From: Dimorphilus gyrociliatus
Lineage: Eukaryota; Animalia; Annelida
Direction of reading: 5' to 3'
Length of the DNA stretch: 64,000 nucleotides
Assembly (NCBI GenBank): GCA_904063045.1
Contig: CAJFCJ010000006.1
Location: 2,718,946 to 2,782,945 of the forward strand
Under the pieces are notes generated by a model. It had not been told where the DNA came from. It did not search any database and worked only from the letters and a program-made list of their open reading frames with translations. The translations under genes and the position numbers were made by a program. Below are positions 56,213 to 64,000 of the stretch, in pieces. Position 1 is the stretch's first letter, and every line of letters begins with the position of its first letter.

Positions 56213-58319
56213 ATGGTATCGATAGATTCTGATCAATTATGGATGGTGATAGTAGGTTTTTTAATTGCTTTCGCTCTGGCCTTTGGGATTGGAGCTAACG
56301 ATGTTGCTAATTCGTTCGGAACATCAGTCGGATCCGGCGTTATTACTTTAAAGGTGGCGTGTATATTAGCAAGCATTTTTGAAACACTCGGAGCAGTATT
56401 ATTAGGTTTGTAGTCATTTGACCTTGATATTAGTTCGTCCTTTAAGTAACCTTCCCGATAAATTCTATAGGGGCAAAAGTGTCTGATACTATTCGGAAGG
56501 GTATAATAGAAGTTACACCGTACCAAAATGATACGTCTCTATTTATGGTGGGAAACGTTGCTGCCTTATCGGGTAAGTGATAAAACAGACGTTTTAGAAT
56601 GTAAACTTAGTAATAAATCATATTATTAATTCTTCAAACATAGGTTCCTGCTTATGGCTCTTAGCAGCGACTTTACTACGCATGCCGGTTTCTGCTACAC
56701 ATTCAATAGTAGGAGCAACTATAGGTTTCGCTCTCGTTGGTCATGGTGCAAGTGGCATAAACTGGAGTAAATTAGGATTAATTAGTAAGTGTTATTATAA
56801 AATATTTAATAGAGAACTTTTAATTAATTAAAAAATTTTCCTTTCAAAGTTGGATCGTGGTTTATATCACCAATAGTTTCAGGAGCCGTCTCAACTGGAT
56901 TATTCTTTTTCTGTAAACATTTCATCTTAAATAAAGCGGATCCATTGGAACCTGGCCTAAAATTCTTACCTGTATTCTACGGGCTTACCATTGTCATCAA
57001 TTTCTTCTCTGTTTCTTACAACGGGCCTAAAAGTAAGTTGACATCTTATATCTCTCCATTTCTATATTAACTCTTAAATATGTATATGTGTATCTAGTTC
57101 ATATTACACACTGTATATATGTTCATATTGAAAAGAGAAAAATCAATTTATAACTTCTGAACAACTCTCACAGTTCTGGGATTCGATAAAATACCATTAT
57201 GGGGAGTTTTCATAATCAGTTTTGGTGGTGGAATTATCACGGCAATACTAGTTTTATTCGCAATCGTACCATGGCAACGAAGAAAGATAAGAAGTTAGTA
57301 AAAAAAGAAACTTTACAATTGTTAATTTATTAACAGAAACTCGAGGATATACTAATTGAATTTTGTTTTTTATTTTTATTATTAAATTAGAGCAATGTGA
57401 TGATCCGGAATATTGTCCTGGTTCACCGATTGAGAAGAAAGACAATTCAATTAAATTCGAATTTGGACAATTAGTTGACAACTCCACTGCAAATTCAAAA
57501 AATAATTCTCCTCTGACTCAACAACGTGAATTACAGCACATTAATCTTGCAAACTTTCAAACAACAAAGATAGTTAATGGAGTGAATAATAAGAATAATG
57601 ATCTGAATAAAAAACCTGGACATAACAAGGCGGAAAACGCTTTGCTTGTCGATAATGAATATAATCCTGGTACTCAAACGCCAGCCGGTGTTAGTCGTTC
57701 GGAAACTCGTACAGATCTGACGTATAATATAGAACACAAGCCAAATGGAGTAAAGCCTCCTTTGTCATTAGAAGATCCAGAAGCCAGCGGCCGATCAGTT
57801 GTCAAAGATCGACCCGAAACTGGTGAACTTTTCTCATTTCTCCAAATATTGACAGCAATTTTTGGTTCCTTTGCTCATGGAGGCAACGATGTCAGTAACG
57901 CTATTGGACCGCTTGTTTCACTCTGGTTAGTAGGAACTCGGGGCGAAGTATTCGAAAAAGCTGCAACTCCAGTTTGGATTCTTTTCTACGGAGGCGTTGG
58001 CATATCAATTGGTTTATGGGTTTGGGGTCGTCGTGTCATAAAAACTCTAGGCGAAGATCTTACCAAAATTACTCCATCAAGTGGTTTCTGTATTGAAATT
58101 GGATCTGCTTTATCCGTCCTGATAGCATCCAATATCGGTATTCCTATCAGTACAACACACTGTAAAGTTGGTAGTGTCGTATTCGTTGGAAGATTTCGGT
58201 CAAAGCAGAATGTCGACTGGAAGATATTTAGAAATATTATTTTTGCATGGTTGGTGACCTTACCCATTTCCGGAGGAATTTCAGCAGCTATAATGGCGGC
58301 CCTTAAGATGACTTTATAA
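56213..58319 (+). CDS. SLC20A: SLC20 (PiT) sodium-dependent phosphate transporter, 7 exons
   Basis: [52 protein letters not shown] and [11 protein letters not shown]. Confidence 0.96.
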
Positions 58320-59022
58320 TGTATTTATAGAAATTTTAAAAATATTCTATTTAAATAATTTGTTCAGACTAAAATTTTTTTATTATGTTGTTTGCCCACA
58401 TTTTTCGCTCTATGTTTTGTAAAGGAAGGGAAACACGTTGAAATTGTTTTTTGCAGATGATCTTTGCTATTTTTTTATACCGTTGTCTTTCGTTCTTCGT
58501 ACTATTATCTATCCCCTCCCTTCTCACTTCGCTGCCTAGCATTTAATCGAGAGAAATTGATCTTAAATTCCCCGTTAGGCCGACTAAGTATGCTTTAAGC
58601 TAAATGCGCATATGAAGCTACATAATATTTGTAAATGAACTTCTAAAGCGTGACGTCACTAAGTGCCGAAAAAGAGAATAAAAATTTATATATATAGAAC
58701 GCTTTAATTCCGAAGCTAAACTAAGATTATTGATTGTGGAAAGAAATTGATAAGAAAAGACAAAAATATTGGCTATTGAATTAACTTAGTATTCAATCCT
58801 TCGACTGGGAAAGTACAGTCTTACTATTGACTGCATTTATTAAAACAGAAGTATAATCTCTACCATTTTCATTTATTTTTTCAACTGTAACATATGAAAT
58901 ATCGATATTTTTACAATCGTTCTATATTATTTCAAACTTTCTTCCGTTAATAATTCATGAAATTGATTATCTTCTACTTTTATGACGTAGAATAAGTGTT
59001 CTTTTACTAGAATAATTATAGT

Positions 59023-59064
59023 GCGTAGAGAGGTTCCCAGAATCAGCGTTAGAGAGGTTACCCA
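59023..59064. repeat. Imperfect direct repeat GCGT(T)AGAGAGGTT(A)CCCA, two copies
   Basis: Copies at 59023-59039 and 59046-59064, intergenic between SLC20 and the LBP/BPI gene. Confidence 0.6.
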
Positions 59065-59731
59065 TCGTAAGCGACATGTTAACTACGTAAAATATCTCAA
59101 TATAAAAAGCCTCATATACCTCATATATATTTATATTAATAAATGTATATGTATAAATTTATATATATATATATATATATACATATATTAAAATAGGTGT
59201 TTGCTCTAGTTTTTAATTAAGAACGATTATAATGATTATTTACGTCTCTACCCCAGCGTAGTAACTTAATAAAACAAAAAACTGTCAGTCATGAAAGACT
59301 CAAGTGTACGATGACTCTAACAGCAGACTAATAGTGGCGTAAAACAAAAATTTCAATATAAAGAAACTGCTACAGTCCGGTTTTATCCAGTCTGCGCCAG
59401 CTGATTCATCATAAGTAATATTAGCTTTAAGAAAATGAATACGTAATTTATTTCTTTATGAGTAACTAATATATCTAGAAATTAATTTATAAGGGAAAAG
59501 AGAGAAGAGAAAGAGAGAGAGAGAGAAAGTTAATTGACAGAATATTTAAATTGAGCAATGAAAAATTTATAATACGAATAACGAATAAGTCTTTATAGTC
59601 GAAAACTAGATGTTTCTTTATTTTTCTAACCATTTTGTGAATAAATATAAAACATGTTATGCTGTGATTAGTAAACATATACATTTATACTGTATATATG
59701 TATATATATATATATATATATGTATATATTG

Positions 59732-62431
59732 TTAATAAAGCTCATCCAAAGTGAGCTCAGCATCTTGTTGTTGTAGTTTAGTAAGAGATTTTGTTAACTT
59801 CAATGTTGGTAGACTGTTCAAATAAATGTCTGTACCGACGGCCAAGACGTCCTGGTGATAGTAGAAAATGATAAAAAAGTACAAAATTGTTTTTTTAATA
59901 AAAAAAGAAAATAATTACTTCAACTCCCGAATTGATTATCTTTGTATTACTTAAAGAAAACAGTTTGCTACCAAATTCCGATAAAGGTATACCTTCTTCT
60001 CCTTTTTCTAGATTAGTTAGTTAATTAAGTAATTAATAATAATATTTATTAAAATATAATCAATTATTATTCATTTACTATTTATATATGGAAGGATTAT
60101 ATCTCTTTCCAAAGCAGTAACTACAGATCCAATCATAAATTGATACTTGGATACTTTCTTCAATTTTTCCACATTTGATGATTTTAATTTTACATCTTGC
60201 CTGAAGATATTTAAATTAATTAGAATAAATTAGAATAAATAAATAAATTAAATACTTACATTAGATCGTATATCTTAAATTTAACTCTTTCATTTTGAAA
60301 TTTCACTACCATTAAGTTGTTTAATTTCTAAAAATTAATAGATTTATTAAAGGTAAATATTGTAAAATTGAATATTAATTAATTAATTTACTCCTTCTGT
60401 TGTCATTAATACAACATCTCTTTTACCAGAATTAACTGTTACATTACATTCAAATTTACTAGAAAGTAATAATTGGCCATCGGTAATTTTCAATTTTGGT
60501 GATTCAGTAGCTTTAACAACCGCTTTTAAAATTTTGTTGGGATATTTGTTCTTGACCTGGGAAAATGAAAAGAATAGCTTTAATTAAAAAGAAAAGAAAA
60601 CTCTCTCTCTCTCTCTATCCCTCTCTCTTTCTTTCTCTATTTTTTAAGTTCGTCTGGTCTATTTTAAGTCTTTATTTATAATTCAAGTACCATCTTCTTT
60701 TTATGTTTCTTTTTTTCGTAAGCCAGACCGTTTATTATTACAAAAGTACAAGGTTAGTCTAATGCTGAATTGCTAAACTTCCATTAAAGAAAAAGTAGTA
60801 ATAGAAACCTCTTCAAAAAATTTTCCAAGACACATTGCTCCTTCTTCGCAGGTTGTTTCCATATATTTCTTATACTTTTCGGGTAGAAGGTCTTGGTTTA
60901 TCACATATTTCAAATTATCGGTATGATAAAGTGAATGTAGTGCGCTATTAACTACATGGGATGTTAGAAAAATATAGGCCATTTTCGAATGACTAGCTGA
61001 AAATTCGGGAATTTTTACTGGTTGTTCTCTAAATGGAGGAACACGAGAATCATTTATGTAAATTTGTCCCTATATAAAAGGAAAGCAATGATTTTATTAA
61101 TCTAATATTATAAGAATATCAGACCTTTAGAGGAATATTAGCAAAATGGGGCTTGAAGACCGGATTTCCAGTTAATCCAAAATCAAACAATAAGTTAGCT
61201 TTAAAGCCGGAATTTTTGTCAGTCTGGACGTTGTATACCACTGTTTAGGTAATAAATGAAAAATACATAAATGAATAGCATATCAAAAAAGTTATTCCAC
61301 ATATATAATTACTATTCAGTTTGTCAATTTGAGTTTGTGCTTCGTTATTAATCTCCTTGAGTGCAGTATTGCAGATTTCATTTTTGATCTCTTCCGAAAT
61401 TGTTTCTTCCAAATATGACGATGCAGCATTGAAAATTGAGCTTAATAAATTAGAAATATATATATATGTTTGTAAGTATTCTTTTATTATTTTGTCATAA
61501 AAATACGTACTTATCAAAACTTAGTTGAACGTTACCAACTGGTGAGCAAGAATAAACTTTTATATGAGGTTTATTTCCCTTCTTTTTAACGGAAAACTTT
61601 AATTTAAATCCCAATTTACGAGCCTGAACGTTAATTGTTCCGGTATATGTGCTAAAATAATATATACATATATATATATATATATATGTCAATGGTATTC
61701 TTAGTAATAATACTGTTATAAAAAAACCAATCTAAATGCAACCCTACACAGTTTTTTTCTCAACCTATAACCTTTAGCCTCCGTAAAACTTAATATAAAT
61801 TCTTACTGTATAAATATTATCGATTGGCTCGAAGACATATGAAATTTCAATAATAATAAAAACCTAAAATTATAAACTTACCTCCAGAAGAGTTTAAAAC
61901 TGTATTTTATAGTAATCTTTGGAGTTAGATTTCTAACATTCCAACTAAAACCAACTTTCTCTGTCAATGTCATTGTAGATTGAAAAGTTTCAGGCATTTC
62001 CTCAATTTTTATACTAATTGGTTCATTTAAAGGATCATATTCAAGAAAGATCTTACAAATATGTATATACTGTATATATTCCTTCTTACTTTGATAATGT
62101 TATTGTACTTCCCAAGAGTGTTTTTTTAGTATCGGGAATTTTCGCAGATTTCATCTTCCCTATTAAATTTTCTAAGGCGAAATTATTTACTAAACAAATA
62201 AAAAGGAAGAGATGATAATTATTTTAAAAGAAAAATTCCTTATTTTATAATTCTTACTAACTGTAATTGAGGCCTTTCTCCGTTACTCTTACTCTTATTC
62301 CTGGTCTTACATCAGCCAAGACGGCTAAGGAATGTTTTTTTCACAAGGTCAATATATAATAAATTATATAAACTCTATAAAAACTTACCACAAAAAGAAA
62401 TAATGAGAACGAATAGAATTTTGTTATTCAT
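59732..62431 (-). CDS. LBP/BPI/CETP/PLTP-family secreted lipid-binding protein, about 11 exons
   Basis: Signal peptide MNNKILFVLIISFCAVLA, then RPGIRVRVTEKGLNY, GQIY..PPF..MAYIFLTSHVVNSA, CEEGAMCLGKFF, KGEEGIPL and C-terminal VLAVGTDI. Traced introns are GT-AG. Confidence 0.88.
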
Positions 62432-62880
62432 TTTCTTTTCTTCAACGAATTTCGATCTCTCTACTTTTCCAACCTCTACCAAGACCGATTTGAAGAGTAT
62501 AGCCGACTGCCTGAACCTTAAATGTGTTTTGTTGGCGGTATCAGATTACCTCAATTTGACCCTGGCTCTTGTACAATGTAAAAAGTTCGATTTTTTTATG
62601 TATAAATTGCGACGTAAACCTAATTAATACACGCCAGAAATGAAATATTTTCACTAATTACCTCTATTTAGTCATCTTATTTACATATTATATTTGAATG
62701 TATTAGCTATTTTCTAATACAATATAATAGAGATATAGTAAAATATTGTTGATATGTTTGTTTGCATGTAGAAATAGTAAACACGGAAATTTTAATACGA
62801 AAAAAAGACAGGAAGAGATTGAATGAATAGGGTGGAAAGGAAGAGAATGAATTATACACATTCACAAATATACCTACATA

Positions 62881-62912
62881 TCCATACATACATACATACA
62901 TACATACATACA
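62881..62912. repeat. (TACA)n tetranucleotide repeat
   Basis: About 7 CATA/TACA units. Confidence 0.85.
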
Positions 62913-64000
62913 CCACATACAGAGAAAGAAGGACATTTTGGGACCTTGTTGAAGGAAGCTTTGATTACAAACATATGTTATAGTTTATAATAAAAATTTT
63001 GTACTTAATTTAAGAAAAAAATGTATGTATACATTCAAAAGAAATTGCTATATGAGAATTTCTTGTAAATAAATGATTCATCAATTTTGGACCAAAAAGA
63101 AGTATTATTGATTCTCCTGTTATACTTTTTAATCAATATTTATTCCAATATAGCATAGTTTCAATTAATCAATTTTTAAATAAAGAATGGAAAAGCAAAT
63201 AGACTGATGGATAGGGCGTGCCTTAAATAGAACCATATGGAGAAGATATTGTTCTAAGCACCTTCTTCCCATTATCATGACTATTGTCATTTTAATTTTG
63301 CACTTTTTTTCCTCCTGAGATAAAGCTATTATTCATTTAAATATTTAATAGGTCGTAATATATACATGCGCATTTATATCATATAGATATCAATACCACT
63401 TGCATATTAGTTTATTAATATCTACGTTACGAGGCAGTTTGCCTCCATTAGAATAATGATAAGTAAATATTAACTGTTCCGGCCTAGTCCCGATGACCGA
63501 TAGATGGCGTAAATTCATTAATTCGACCGAGCTAGTCCTTTAATCAAAGATAAGACCGACTTAGTTTCTTTTTTAATTTGAATCTAGAACAGAGCATGAA
63601 ACGTAACTAATATAGTTGATATTAGTAATACATATAATACAATAAACTTTGAACTTTACACCTTCACTTAGTAAACGTTTAAAACAAAGTAATAATTTTA
63701 TCTCTTAAACTTAAGAAGTTAAGACACAGATAGTCAGAAAGAAAGAGAGCGGGAGAGAGAGAAGAATGAATAAATGAATAAATTATAAAAAGGCAACAAA
63801 GGAAAGTAGGGAAAAGGTGACTTTATAAATGTCTTTTATAGGTGTTTTCGAGATTGTAGAGTACGTTTGTTTATTTTCAAATAGGCTTTATTGTACATGT
63901 CTCTTCTAATGAAATCTAATATATAGGGCTAATGTTATTTAAAACGCACCAATTTCTTTAATTTTATTTTTCAAACTATACAGAATATGCAGTTATTTTT

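Overview
AT-rich, very gene-dense animal genomic DNA with about 25 protein-coding loci. Introns are mostly 45-75 nt and intergenic gaps are often 100-450 nt. The gene content is metazoan and resembles a miniaturised bilaterian genome such as the annelid Dimorphilus; the taxon is my inference only. I rebuilt exons by hand from splice signals and from homologue sequences recalled from memory; no database search was run. Gene order: ZIP zinc transporter, SLC9C-like exchanger, ANKMY2, PGGT1B plus a degenerate second beta domain, NCBP1, RING protein, RINT1, death-domain protein, C1orf74-like, GTF3C6, TMEM121-like, Rab GDI, DPM3, a miR-183/263/228-type hairpin, orphan coiled-coil ORF, DPCD, MED30, UXT, orphan ORF, DRC1, KIAA1328, CFAP107, ODAD2, PRIM1, lebercilin-like, SLC20 phosphate transporter and an LBP/BPI-family gene. 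I found no CRISPR array, tRNA, rRNA or recognisable transposon. The strongest novel candidates are: (1) a geranylgeranyltransferase-I beta subunit that appears spliced in frame to a tandem, zinc-ligand-free copy of itself (about 640 aa); (2) same-strand overlap of the GTF3C6 and C1orf74 coding sequences, implying one shared transcript; (3) a GA-AG intron in an SLC9C-like gene whose functional motifs are degenerate; (4) a U12 AT-AC intron and a GC-AG intron in RINT1; (5) a solitary, divergent miR-183-type hairpin within a block of X-box-bearing ciliary genes.
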